Source: an uncultured Bacilli bacterium
Lineage (GTDB): Bacteria > Bacillota_I > Bacilli_A > RF39 > UBA660
DNA length: 64,000 nucleotides
Reading direction: 5' to 3'
Assembly: GCA_934096175.1 (NCBI GenBank)
Contig: CAKOLG010000001.1
Span: 117,736 to 181,735 of the forward strand
Part shown: positions 48,879-57,982 of the stretch, one piece after another
How the letters are laid out: each line of letters starts with the position of its first letter
How positions within the stretch are numbered: the stretch's first letter is position 1
The notes under the pieces: model-generated
The model's database searches: none
The model's input: the letters and a program-made list of their open reading frames with translations, nothing else
Told to the model about the DNA's origin: nothing
Program-made: the position numbers and the translations under genes

Positions 48879-49339
48879 TGATTAATATTTTTGATAAAGA
48901 AATTATATCAAAAATAGATATGGATAAAACAGTTATAAAAGGAAAGAAAATTTGTGAATTATATCAACCTTTAGTTGAAAAAAGGTTAAGACAACTAAAT
49001 ACTAAAGCTTTTAATTCAGCAAGTATAGTTGTATTCTCTGGAGCTTCCACGGGTTCAACTTCATCTGATAGATTGTTAAAAAGTTTATCTTGGAATGAGG
49101 ATCAGATAGCAAATTATATAAGAAGCATTTTTAGAATTCAAAACGAAGACAGAACAATTAGAGAGTTTTTGAGAATGAAATGTTTATATGGCTATACGGA
49201 TAGAGAAATTTCTGATAAACTTGAAATATCAGAAAGAACACTTAGAAGATATAAAAACAGAGCATATTTCTATTTAGCTGTTTATTCAAATCAAGTGGAA
49301 TTTATTTATGAAAGGACTTATCATTTCTACTGGGATTAA
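48878..49339 (+). CDS. ArpU-family / sigma-70 region-4-like transcriptional regulator
   Basis: C-terminal YTDREISDKLEISERTLRRYKNRA HTH is typical of phage late-gene activators (ArpU/RinA-like). Confidence 0.5.
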   Translation: MINIFDKEIISKIDMDKTVIKGKKICELYQPLVEKRLRQLNTKAFNSASIVVFSGASTGSTSSDRLLKSLSWNEDQIANYIRSIFRIQNEDRTIREFLRMKCLYGYTDREISDKLEISERTLRRYKNRAYFYLAVYSNQVEFIYERTYHFYWD

Positions 49340-49401
49340 ATAGAATTAAATATTGTGGTAATTCATTACCACAAGGACATAGAAGTTTGGAGGAGCAAAT
49401 T

Positions 49402-50427
49402 ATGAAGCGTAGCTTAAAGATAGTAATACCTATTATAATACTAATTATATTTTTAGTAGGATTATTTATTGTATATAAAAATACATATAAAATAGAATTA
49501 AAAAAAGAAGAATTTATTTATGAATTAGGAGAAAAAATTAGTTCTGATGTATCTAATTATTTAAAAGATGCTGATGCTAATAAAAATATAAAAGATTATA
49601 AACTATCTTCAGAATCATTAAAGAAGGATAATGATTTATTTATCATGGATGAATTAGAGTTAGTTCCAGTAGGTGAGTATATAATAACTATTGATTACAA
49701 AAAGAAGAGTGTTGATTTTGTAATTAAAGTAAAAGATACTATTGCACCAGAATTTTCTTCATTTAAAGATACCATAGAAATTGAAGAAACAGAAGATAAA
49801 CTGGATTTAACTACTTATTTTAAAGCAGAAGACTTAACAAAAGTAAAACTTCTAATAGAAGGAGAATATGATCTTAAAAAAGTTGGAGAATATAAATTAA
49901 AAGTTGTAGCTGAAGATGAAAACGATAATATAACTTCAAAAGATTTTATATTAAAAATAAAAAAGAAAATAGAAGAGCGACCAAAAGCACCTGAAAAGAA
50001 ACAAACTACAAATAATTCAAAATCGCCAACACCCCCATCAAATAAACCATCTAACAATATATCTAATAACAATACTTCTGGTTCTCCTAAATATCGTAGA
50101 GATATTTCTAATTCCTTTGCCAACCAGATAAATATATATAGGGAAGAAAATGGTTTATCTGAGTTGCCAATTACTTCTGAAGCTCAATCAGAAGCTGATA
50201 GAAGGTCTAAAGAAATATCAATTAACTATTCTCATGATGGAGCAGGATATGGATTTGGTGAGAATATTGGTTATGGTGGAATAGGATCAGATTTTATTGC
50301 TGCATGGAAAAACAGTCCATCTCATAATGCAACAATGCTTAGAGAACAGAATGTTGCAATGGCAGTAAGTGTATATGAAGCAAACGGAATGTGGTATGCT
50401 GTAACTTCTTTTAGGATGAATTATTAA
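49402..50427 (+). CDS. membrane-anchored CAP (SCP/PR-1-like) domain protein with Ig-like region and Pro/Ser/Asn linker
   Basis: N-terminal TM. The C-terminus YSHDGAGYGFGENIGYGG...AAWKNSPSHNATML...WYAVTSF matches CAP/YkwD motifs. Confidence 0.6.
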   Translation: MKRSLKIVIPIIILIIFLVGLFIVYKNTYKIELKKEEFIYELGEKISSDVSNYLKDADANKNIKDYKLSSESLKKDNDLFIMDELELVPVGEYIITIDYKKKSVDFVIKVKDTIAPEFSSFKDTIEIEETEDKLDLTTYFKAEDLTKVKLLIEGEYDLKKVGEYKLKVVAEDENDNITSKDFILKIKKKIEERPKAPEKKQTTNNSKSPTPPSNKPSNNISNNNTSGSPKYRRDISNSFANQINIYREENGLSELPITSEAQSEADRRSKEISINYSHDGAGYGFGENIGYGGIGSDFIAAWKNSPSHNATMLREQNVAMAVSVYEANGMWYAVTSFRMNY

Positions 50428-50556
50428 CAAATTTATTTATTATTTAATTTTAATAGTAATCTAATAATTCATCAAAAGAATAGTATCTATCTTTTAATAT
50501 TTCTAACATTTTATTTGATTATTTAATTGGAAGAGTATACATTAGGACAATAAAAT

Positions 50557-50586
50557 AACACGATTAACTAACACCGTGTTTTTTTA
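50557..50586 (+). terminator. rho-independent terminator after CAP-domain gene
   Basis: AACACGattaactaacacCGTGTT stem followed by a T7 run, between convergent genes. Confidence 0.5.
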
Positions 50587-50600
50587 TAAGTTAAATATTA

Positions 50601-51671
50601 TTAATTTGTATATAATTTACTTAATATTTTTGTATTTTTAATTTTATAGATCAGGTACAAAGTAATAAATAATATTAATATACATATTGCAATAGATATA
50701 AAATAACTATAGTATATAAAGAAAATTAGATTAACTCCCCATATTAAATTAGCCAATTTAAATAAAATGATAGTTACTATATTATCTATTATAAAAATGG
50801 TATAAGTAAGATAAGTAACAGCTAAAAATACATTCCAAATTATTGACAGATTTGTATAACCAGATAATTTTAGTATAATTATTATTAATATTTTATCATT
50901 AATTAAATCATTTATAAATATGAATAAATTGATTATGAAAAGAAAAATAATTATAAAAATAAATGGTGTTATTATAGATAACAGGCTATTATATTCCTTT
51001 AACTCAGTTTGATAACTATTATCAAAAAGAGTAGCATTGATATTATGGCTTTTAAATATATTTATTAAATCATCAACTTGTTTTTGTTCGCTTACTTTTA
51101 TTAGAAATTCATTTTCACTATTTTGAATGGTTCTAATTATATTATCTGAAATATAAATTTTATTTTGAAGATTAGAATCTCTCTCTTTATAAAAGCCAAC
51201 AATTTTACAAGTTATTTTCTTTTCTTCTATTGATAGAACAATATTAGAATTTAAAATTTCTTTACTTAAATTTTTATATAAAGATTCAGGTATAATAATT
51301 TCATTATTCTTGTTATTAAATTCTTTTCCATTTTGTATACTGATTTCCTCAGTTGGCAAAATCGGAGTGAGCATTATACTTCCTAATTTTTCGTTATATA
51401 TGTTAATGCTTCCTATATAATAGTAAACTTTTTTTATGCCCTTATTTTTTAATATCTCATAAAATTGATCTTCATTTTCTTTGGTACTAAATGATGTATA
51501 AACTATTCTATTTTCAACTCGATTTTGGAGTTTAGGAATCAAATTCTTTGATATTTGAGCATAGGATTGAATAATTACTATTATAGATAAGAACAAACCT
51601 GATAATATAATATATGAAATAATTTGTCTTTTACTTAATTTTATGAATTCTTTTAATAATAGTGAATTCAT
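50601..51671 (-). CDS. ABC transporter permease, FtsX-like
   Basis: N-terminal TM, an extracytoplasmic domain and three C-terminal TM helices. Downstream of the ATPase in the same operon. Confidence 0.6.
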   Translation of the reverse strand: MNSLLLKEFIKLSKRQIISYIILSGLFLSIIVIIQSYAQISKNLIPKLQNRVENRIVYTSFSTKENEDQFYEILKNKGIKKVYYYIGSINIYNEKLGSIMLTPILPTEEISIQNGKEFNNKNNEIIIPESLYKNLSKEILNSNIVLSIEEKKITCKIVGFYKERDSNLQNKIYISDNIIRTIQNSENEFLIKVSEQKQVDDLINIFKSHNINATLFDNSYQTELKEYNSLLSIITPFIFIIIFLFIINLFIFINDLINDKILIIIILKLSGYTNLSIIWNVFLAVTYLTYTIFIIDNIVTIILFKLANLIWGVNLIFFIYYSYFISIAICILILFITLYLIYKIKNTKILSKLYTN

Positions 51672-52889
51672 TTAATTTTTTAGTTCTTCCATAATATTAT
51701 TTTTTTTAAGCTTATTATTAAATATCAGTGATAACAAGACATTTATGATAATGCAGAATGAAATTCCTAGTATTATATTTAATTTTGAAATTGTTAATTT
51801 TAATCCATATAGCATTTCTTCGTTATTCAAATAACAGTTTTGAAAAACAAAAATTAAGAAGAGAGTTATAATTAGTGTTAGAAACAAAGTTACTAATATA
51901 CATAAAAATGATTCAAGGAATTGTAATTTTATAATATCTACTCGATTATACCCAAGTGTTTTTAATATTGCGTATTTTTTATTTCGCTTATATTGATTTT
52001 TTATTGATATTAAGATGATAACTATGATTGAAATAATCCCCACTAGTAAACCTATCGTTGTAATTAAATTCAAAATTTTATTCCCGATTGTGGTATCAAT
52101 TTTTACAACGGGATCTCCATTTGTATAAAAATGATTTTTTTCAAACCTTTTTAAAGTTTCATGAATATCATCTGTGCTTTTAAGTCTAACTACTAGAGGA
52201 TAAATTATTCCTTCTTCTTCTTTAAATGCTTCTGGCTGATAATACAAATTTAAATTTGTTACAATATCTGAATTTGTATAACAAAAATTTTCTTTTCCTT
52301 GTCTCATAGAGGAATCATAAGTTCCAATTAATCTAAAATTTTCTGTTTTAGTATCATCATCAATAAATTTTAAAGAAAATTGCTTTCCTAAAAGATTATT
52401 TAAATTTATTTCTTTTTTTTCTATTTTGTTTTCTTTTTTATATTCATAGAATATATTTTCAGGACATACCATAACTTTATCACTGGAATTATAATTATCA
52501 ATATTTTCCCCATTAGATATTGATATAGTATCTTTTGGTACTCCAAAAAGAAATAAATTGATTTCAGTATCATGATTAAGTCCCTCAAACATTCTCATAT
52601 TTATTATGTAGGAAGTATAAGGAGATATAGATTCAATCGTATTGTATGATTGCAATTCTGCTAATGCTTCTTTTTCTGTTTTCTCATCAGGATCATAATA
52701 TACAAAAAATGTACGATAATCCACCATCTTTTTAACGCTTTGATTCCAATAGTTATTTAAACTGTTGGAAAAAACTAAGCAAAATATTGTGATTGAAACA
52801 GCTATAGAAATAAAAATAATATTAAAATAATTTGCTTTATTTTTGTAAAATTCTTTAATCTCTATTTTTAACATATCAATTAATTTCAT
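51672..52889 (-). CDS. ABC transporter permease, FtsX-like
   Basis: Same architecture as the previous permease. Its stop is adjacent to the next gene's start (ATGA overlap with the ATPase). Confidence 0.6.
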   Translation of the reverse strand: MKLIDMLKIEIKEFYKNKANYFNIIFISIAVSITIFCLVFSNSLNNYWNQSVKKMVDYRTFFVYYDPDEKTEKEALAELQSYNTIESISPYTSYIINMRMFEGLNHDTEINLFLFGVPKDTISISNGENIDNYNSSDKVMVCPENIFYEYKKENKIEKKEINLNNLLGKQFSLKFIDDDTKTENFRLIGTYDSSMRQGKENFCYTNSDIVTNLNLYYQPEAFKEEEGIIYPLVVRLKSTDDIHETLKRFEKNHFYTNGDPVVKIDTTIGNKILNLITTIGLLVGIISIIVIILISIKNQYKRNKKYAILKTLGYNRVDIIKLQFLESFLCILVTLFLTLIITLFLIFVFQNCYLNNEEMLYGLKLTISKLNIILGISFCIIINVLLSLIFNNKLKKNNIMEELKN

Positions 52890-53556
52890 CTATAATCTCC
52901 GTCCTTCCATTTTTTAGGTAAATAATTTCATCAGCATAATCTTTAATGATGTCATCATGACAAATAACGATCACACATTTATCTTGATTTGAGAGTTTTT
53001 TTAATATACTTAAAATTTTAATTGTGTTTTCTTTATCTAAAGAAGCTGTGGGCTCGTCAGCTAATATAATCTCTGGATTATTGCATAGTGCACGAGCAAT
53101 TGCAACTCTTTGTTGTTCTCCACCCGAAAGTTGATTTGGGTAATGCTTATTCCTGTTTTCTATTCCTAATGAATTCAATAAGTTATTGACTCTTTCAACT
53201 TTTTCTTTTTTTGTTAAATTTCTATTAGTATAAAGTGGTAAAATTACATTTTCTGTGACATTCATTGTTGGAATCAAATTAAAAGATTGAAATATATATG
53301 CTAATTTCGTTTTTCTAAGATTAGCTATATTTTTTTCTGATAATTTTGATGTATTATGTCCGTCTATTTTTAATGTTCCGCTTGTTGGTTCTATAAGAAG
53401 CCCAATTATTTGCATTAATGTAGATTTTCCACTTCCAGATTCACCCATAATTCCATACAATTTTCCTTCTTCAAACTTAATATTAATATCATCTAAAGCG
53501 TTTATGCATTTATTTTTAAATGAATATTTTTTTTGTACATTAATTAACTCTATCAC
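52876..53556 (-). CDS. ABC transporter ATP-binding protein (MacB/LolD/antimicrobial-peptide exporter type)
   Basis: Walker A GESGSGKST, signature LSGGEQQRVAIARAL and Walker B ILADEPT. Confidence 0.85.
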   Translation of the reverse strand: MIELINVQKKYSFKNKCINALDDINIKFEEGKLYGIMGESGSGKSTLMQIIGLLIEPTSGTLKIDGHNTSKLSEKNIANLRKTKLAYIFQSFNLIPTMNVTENVILPLYTNRNLTKKEKVERVNNLLNSLGIENRNKHYPNQLSGGEQQRVAIARALCNNPEIILADEPTASLDKENTIKILSILKKLSNQDKCVIVICHDDIIKDYADEIIYLKNGRTEIIDEIN

Positions 53557-53578
53557 TATTTACCTTCTTTCTTTTTAC

Positions 53579-53992
53579 TTAGTTTTGAGTCATAATTACA
53601 CTATTTGATTTAATTCCACAAAATTGTCTTCCACCTGTATAATTTGTAGAGAAACCATATGCATATCGTCCATTTTTAAATTTTCCCATATTAGCTCTAA
53701 CGCATCGGTATAATTCTGTACTCATCATTTTACCAGATACTTGAGTGGTTGGACTGTAGTGTAATGTAACCCATAAAAGTTTTTCTCTATTAGATGTGCA
53801 ATCTGTATGAGCGTCCATAGAAATATCTATGATAAAATTTTTTGTGTCAAACCATCTATAGGAACCGATATGATTTGAATTAGCTGGCATATTTAATGTT
53901 GATTTATATTCAGCAGCAGAAACTTTTGTTGCCCCAAAAAGAGATAAAACAGCTATTCCAAAAACAAATAACGGCATTAATAATTTTTTCAT
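53579..53992 (-). CDS. secreted ~110-aa protein with 4 Cys, first gene of ABC exporter operon (bacteriocin-like candidate)
   Basis: Sec signal peptide MKKLLMPLFVFGIAVLSLFGATKVSA/AE. The mature domain is Cys-containing and beta-rich. The operon structure matches lactococcin-972-type loci. Confidence 0.45.
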   Translation of the reverse strand: MKKLLMPLFVFGIAVLSLFGATKVSAAEYKSTLNMPANSNHIGSYRWFDTKNFIIDISMDAHTDCTSNREKLLWVTLHYSPTTQVSGKMMSTELYRCVRANMGKFKNGRYAYGFSTNYTGGRQFCGIKSNSVIMTQN

Positions 53993-54129
53993 TCTTTCAC
54001 CTCCTACTATATTATATTTATCATTATGAAAAAAAAGTAATGTAAAAGCACGAATAAATGATAATTTTTATGATATAATAAAATAGATAAATTTATTTAC
54101 TTAAATTATATGTGGAAGGTGACAATTTA

Positions 54130-54690
54130 ATGGTAAAAAAATATATATTAATTGTTTTTTTGTTTTTAATTTTATTTTTATCTGGGTGTAGTAAAAAAGA
54201 AACGGGCTATTCTTATCATCCTACATATATAGACTCTAATAATGGCCAGCGTTGGTTGAACTATGCAATTTTGTATGAAAATACTTATACGGGGGTTAAA
54301 GATGGCTCATTAAGCATTTTAAAACAAGGAGAACAAACTGAGGAATATCAATTGTTTTTTTCAATAGATTCATTGTATTATAAAAAAGGAGATATTATAT
54401 TGGGGACTTCAAATTATATATACATCTTTAATCAAGATCAAGAAAAAAATTTTAGAATTATAGGATTTAAATTATCTTCTGAAAAAGAAACACCTGTAAT
54501 AATAGATAATAAAAAAATAAAATCTATTGTTAATGTCCATGGTGCTAACAAAGAAAATATATATGTAAGTTATTTTGATGATAAGAATGAAAGATATCTT
54601 AAAATAAGTGCAGATTTAAGTAAAATATATGAATTAGATAGTTTAGAAAGTGTAGAAGAACAAATGGAATATACTATTTTAAAAAAATAA
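54130..54690 (+). CDS. lipoprotein (hypothetical)
   Basis: Lipobox LFLSGCSKKE. ATG 54130 after GGAAGGTGA. Confidence 0.55.
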   Translation: MVKKYILIVFLFLILFLSGCSKKETGYSYHPTYIDSNNGQRWLNYAILYENTYTGVKDGSLSILKQGEQTEEYQLFFSIDSLYYKKGDIILGTSNYIYIFNQDQEKNFRIIGFKLSSEKETPVIIDNKKIKSIVNVHGANKENIYVSYFDDKNERYLKISADLSKIYELDSLESVEEQMEYTILKK

Positions 54691-54746
54691 TCAAAAATAG
54701 TTAAATATTTATGCTATAATGTATTTGTATAATATAGTGAGGAAAG

Positions 54747-54774
54747 GGTGATTAATAACAGGTGATTAATAACA
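54747..54774 (+). repeat. perfect tandem duplication 2 x GGTGATTAATAACA
   Basis: The 14-bp unit is repeated head-to-tail in the 5' leader of the downstream secreted-protein gene, just after a TGTATAAT extended -10. Confidence 0.6.
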
Positions 54775-54830
54775 ATAGTTTATTTTAATTTATTTATGTA
54801 TTCGGATGTAGAAATGGAGGAATGTTAATT

Positions 54831-55307
54831 ATGAAAAAAGTAGTATTTATAATTTTGTGTATGGCAGTTTTTATGCCGTTTGCAGTTGAAGCTAAGACTT
54901 GTGAGTATGGGATGCCATCACCACCAATATACTATAATGGAAATTGGGCTTATGGACAAGTAATAAATTTTAAGACGTCAGCATCATCATGTCTAGCTGA
55001 TAATATGTATGTTTATTTTAGTAATGGTAATTATTTATCCACTTTTAATTTTACCATAGAGGCTTATTTAATGGAAAAAGATAAAGATCCTAATCCAGAT
55101 GATAAAGCTAAACTATATTTTGGTTACAATTCAGGTTATAGTTTAATGAACTGGACTTTACAACAAAAATTTGATGGTAATTTAGATAGTGCTGGAGATC
55201 AAACTTGTGAGTTGTATATGAAATTTAGATTAAAAGAGCCGTTAGCACATAATAATTTTGAATACCTTGACAGCGATATGTTTAGATATACAATATGCAT
55301 GGATTAA
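54831..55307 (+). CDS. secreted Cys-containing protein, paralog A of a novel family
   Basis: Signal peptide MKKVVFIILCMAVFMPFAVEA. It shares KTCEYG / TSASSC / VYFSNG / YLME / GDQTCELYM blocks with the ORF at 63514. Confidence 0.6.
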   Translation: MKKVVFIILCMAVFMPFAVEAKTCEYGMPSPPIYYNGNWAYGQVINFKTSASSCLADNMYVYFSNGNYLSTFNFTIEAYLMEKDKDPNPDDKAKLYFGYNSGYSLMNWTLQQKFDGNLDSAGDQTCELYMKFRLKEPLAHNNFEYLDSDMFRYTICMD

Positions 55308-55789
55308 AAAAAACTCGAAAAATTTGGATACTATTATCAATTTTATTTTTGATAATAGTATCATCATTAATTGTTTTATTCAAAAAACCAATAAATAAAA
55401 TGGAAAGTAATAACTTGGATACAAATGAAAAATTTAATAAAAAGGAACAAAAAATAGTAGATGCAGCTTATAAAAAAATTGATAGTTCAGATTATTTTGA
55501 CCATTCTAATTTAAAAAAAATTGAACTAGAGAGCTTGCAATTATATGGATATTATAAATCTCAAAGCAATATTCTTTATATAAGGGTTAATTATAATTCA
55601 GAATGTAAAGATGGTACTTATAGTTGTGATAATCTTGCTAAAGATAAATCTTATAGCTTATCAAATAATATTCCATTTTATTTTTTTATTAAAGTAGATA
55701 CAAATAATTATAATCATTTAGAGATAGTTGATGGAATATCAGCCAATATAAATTCTGATTGGATATCAGATTCTAGTAAAATAGAGTAA
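55295..55789 (+). CDS. membrane-anchored hypothetical protein
   Basis: N-terminal TM (IWILLSILFLIIVSSLIVL). It overlaps the preceding gene's end. Confidence 0.45.
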   Translation: MHGLKKTRKIWILLSILFLIIVSSLIVLFKKPINKMESNNLDTNEKFNKKEQKIVDAAYKKIDSSDYFDHSNLKKIELESLQLYGYYKSQSNILYIRVNYNSECKDGTYSCDNLAKDKSYSLSNNIPFYFFIKVDTNNYNHLEIVDGISANINSDWISDSSKIE

Positions 55790-55892
55790 TATCATCAAAT
55801 AAAGCAGCAATAGAAAATAATATATTTCAAAAATTAAATTAAAAAAATATATTGACTAATATTTGATTAAATGTTAATATTATTATGACAAA

Positions 55893-55965
55893 TGAATACG
55901 GTGTATTTTCGGTGTTAATTATATATAGACCTTGGTTGGTTTTTTATAGTTAACACTTTTTTATT
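55893..55965 (+). repeat. conserved inverted-repeat/terminator-like element, copy 1 (TACGGTGTATTTTCGGTGTTAATTA...AGTTAACAC-TTTTTT)
   Basis: The arms GGTGTTAAT / (A)GTTAACAC, with conserved upstream TACGGTnnATTT and a downstream T-run, recur at 57866-57927. Confidence 0.55.
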
Positions 55966-56169
55966 ACCTAATATTTATTTTATATGTCCGGACTATAAAT
56001 AAAATATGGTATTTATATCTATTGTGTTCAATTGTCAATCATTTTATTTGATATTATGATTGAAACGGACTTGAATACGGTATTTTAAATCTTTCTATAT
56101 ATTAGATAAAAAATTTAATATTTAAGCAATTTTTTAATATTCTAACAAAAGCAGCAACAGGAGATCCAT

Positions 56170-56385
56170 ATGTATACAATGTACGAACCTACAGGGAATA
56201 TAATAGGTTATATTCAACCTCATGATTTCTATGTTAGATATCTGGTTAGTAGCCCTAGTATGGATAATGTTCATAGAGTTGTGTTTAATGATGGTAAAGA
56301 TGTTAAAATAGGTTATATAAGAGAACAGTATGTTTTACCTAGTATGACTTTAAATCCTACTGATGATGAAGCAGTAAAAGCATAA
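56170..56385 (+). CDS. hypothetical small protein
   Basis: 71-aa ORF downstream of element copy 1. No signal peptide. Confidence 0.35.
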   Translation: MYTMYEPTGNIIGYIQPHDFYVRYLVSSPSMDNVHRVVFNDGKDVKIGYIREQYVLPSMTLNPTDDEAVKA

Positions 56386-56388
56386 ATA

Positions 56389-56724
56389 TTGGTAGGTTAT
56401 GAACCATTCACTTGTGTAGAATATGATCAAGCTTCTGATGAATATATACTGCATAAATGGAAAGATACACCATCAAGAGAAATCTATATTAATAAACTAG
56501 TCCCTTATTTTAATGCCCAATGGTCTTATGTAGGGATGCTTAATAAAGGTGATTATATAAAAATAAATAGAGGTAATTTTATTAATCCAGGGTACACAAG
56601 ACCATGGACAAATCGTATAGATGGAATTAAGAAAAAAGGTAGTATTTCATTTACTAGTTTTTCTGGTTATGCAATTATTGGAATTGAGTACGCTAGTCAA
56701 GGATATGAAAGAGCTTGGTATTAG
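56389..56724 (+). CDS. hypothetical protein
   Basis: 111-aa ORF, 3 nt after the previous gene. Aromatic-rich, with no signal peptide. Confidence 0.4.
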   Translation: MVGYEPFTCVEYDQASDEYILHKWKDTPSREIYINKLVPYFNAQWSYVGMLNKGDYIKINRGNFINPGYTRPWTNRIDGIKKKGSISFTSFSGYAIIGIEYASQGYERAWY

Positions 56725-56785
56725 AAAACTATCATTAGATATTATCAAGTATAATATAATATGATATAATAGTTTTGGTGATTAA

Positions 56786-57007
56786 GCTGAAAATATAATT
56801 ATACTTTTACTTTTGATATTATGTGTATGTGGATGTGAAAATAACAATCAATATACAGATTTTAAACATTATGATTTAAGGAATTATGATATTACTAATA
56901 AATATTCCTATGTAGATGATGATTATATATATTATAATGGAAGTACTAGTATTTCTAGTTCAATTGAAGTTGTCAAATGTTCTAGAAATAGTTATAAATG
57001 TCAATAA
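56786..57007 (+). pseudogene. small lipoprotein-like ORF lacking an AUG/GUG start (remnant or non-canonical ATA/ATT/TTG initiation)
   Basis: The in-frame sequence AENIIILLLLILCVCGCENNNQ looks like a signal peptide plus lipobox, but no Met lies between the upstream stop (56783-56785) and the lipobox. A GGTGA RBS sits 13 nt upstream of ATA 56795. Confidence 0.25.
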
Positions 57008-57090
57008 TAAAATACCAAACTAAAACTATTATCATGATTAATAAAGAAAATGCTTGATATGCATTTTCTTTATTTTATTTATAGGCGAGG

Positions 57091-57849
57091 ATGGTGATTA
57101 AAATTAAACTTGTAACTAAAATATTTAAAAGAAATGATTGGTATGTAACTTCACCTTTTGGAAGTAGAAATCCAATTAAAACTAAAAAAGGTATAACCAC
57201 CAGCTTTCATAATGGATGCGATTATGGAACTAATGGAGAAAAGTGGGGACAATATGCTTTAGAAAATGGCAAAATTTTATCTTGTGGAATCGCTTCTGAT
57301 GGAGCTAAATATATATGGGTAAATTATCCAAGAATCAATAAAAAAATTTTGCACTACCATTTAGATAGTATTTGTGTAAAAACGGGGCAAGAAGTTCATG
57401 AGGGATTATTACTTGGCTATACAGGTTCAACTGGTATGGCTACAGGAATTCATTTACATTTAGGAATGAAAAATAGTAATGGTGGAGACTATGAAGATCC
57501 ACATAATTATGATTACCAGTTAAATAACATTAATCATTCTGAGACATCTAAAATGGATTTAATAAAAATTGCTTATGAAGTAATTGCAGGGAAATATGGT
57601 AATGGAAAGACTAGAATTGATAAACTTACTAATATGGGATATAATGCAAGTGATGTTCAAAAGATAGTAAATGAAATAAAAAATAAAGAGCTAAAACGGA
57701 CAAATTTTTACATAGTAAAAAAAGATGATACTCTAATAAAAATAGCTAAAAAATTTGGAACAACATGGGAAAAATTATATGAATTAAATAGAGACATTAT
57801 AGGTAATGATCCTGATTTAATTAAAATAGGTCAAATATTGAAATACTAG
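57091..57849 (+). CDS. M23 (LytM) peptidase with C-terminal LysM domain, no signal peptide (endolysin-like)
   Basis: HNGCDYG...GYTGSTGMATGIHLHLGM (HxxxD/HxH zinc site) and LysM YIVKKDDTLIKIAKKFGTTWEKLYELN. The N-terminus is not a signal peptide. Confidence 0.7.
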   Translation: MVIKIKLVTKIFKRNDWYVTSPFGSRNPIKTKKGITTSFHNGCDYGTNGEKWGQYALENGKILSCGIASDGAKYIWVNYPRINKKILHYHLDSICVKTGQEVHEGLLLGYTGSTGMATGIHLHLGMKNSNGGDYEDPHNYDYQLNNINHSETSKMDLIKIAYEVIAGKYGNGKTRIDKLTNMGYNASDVQKIVNEIKNKELKRTNFYIVKKDDTLIKIAKKFGTTWEKLYELNRDIIGNDPDLIKIGQILKY

Positions 57850-57865
57850 TAAAAAAAATTTATAA

Positions 57866-57927
57866 TTACGGTAATTTATTCGGTGTTAATTAGTATATAA
57901 TTTTTTATATTGATTAACACCTTTTTT
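57866..57927 (+). repeat. conserved inverted-repeat/terminator-like element, copy 2 (TACGGTAATTTATTCGGTGTTAATTAGTATATA...TTGATTAACACC-TTTTTT)
   Basis: The 9-bp arms GGTGTTAAT / ATTAACACC with a T6 tail. It sits 55 bp upstream of the holin gene. Confidence 0.55.
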
Positions 57928-57982
57928 ATATTTGTTAAAGAGTAGATGTTTTAAGTCAATTTTATAAAGAGAGGGGAAGAAA

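Noticed and set aside
49815-50123. 102-aa minus-strand ORF inside the CAP-domain gene
   Set aside because: Antisense shadow ORF over the low-complexity linker.
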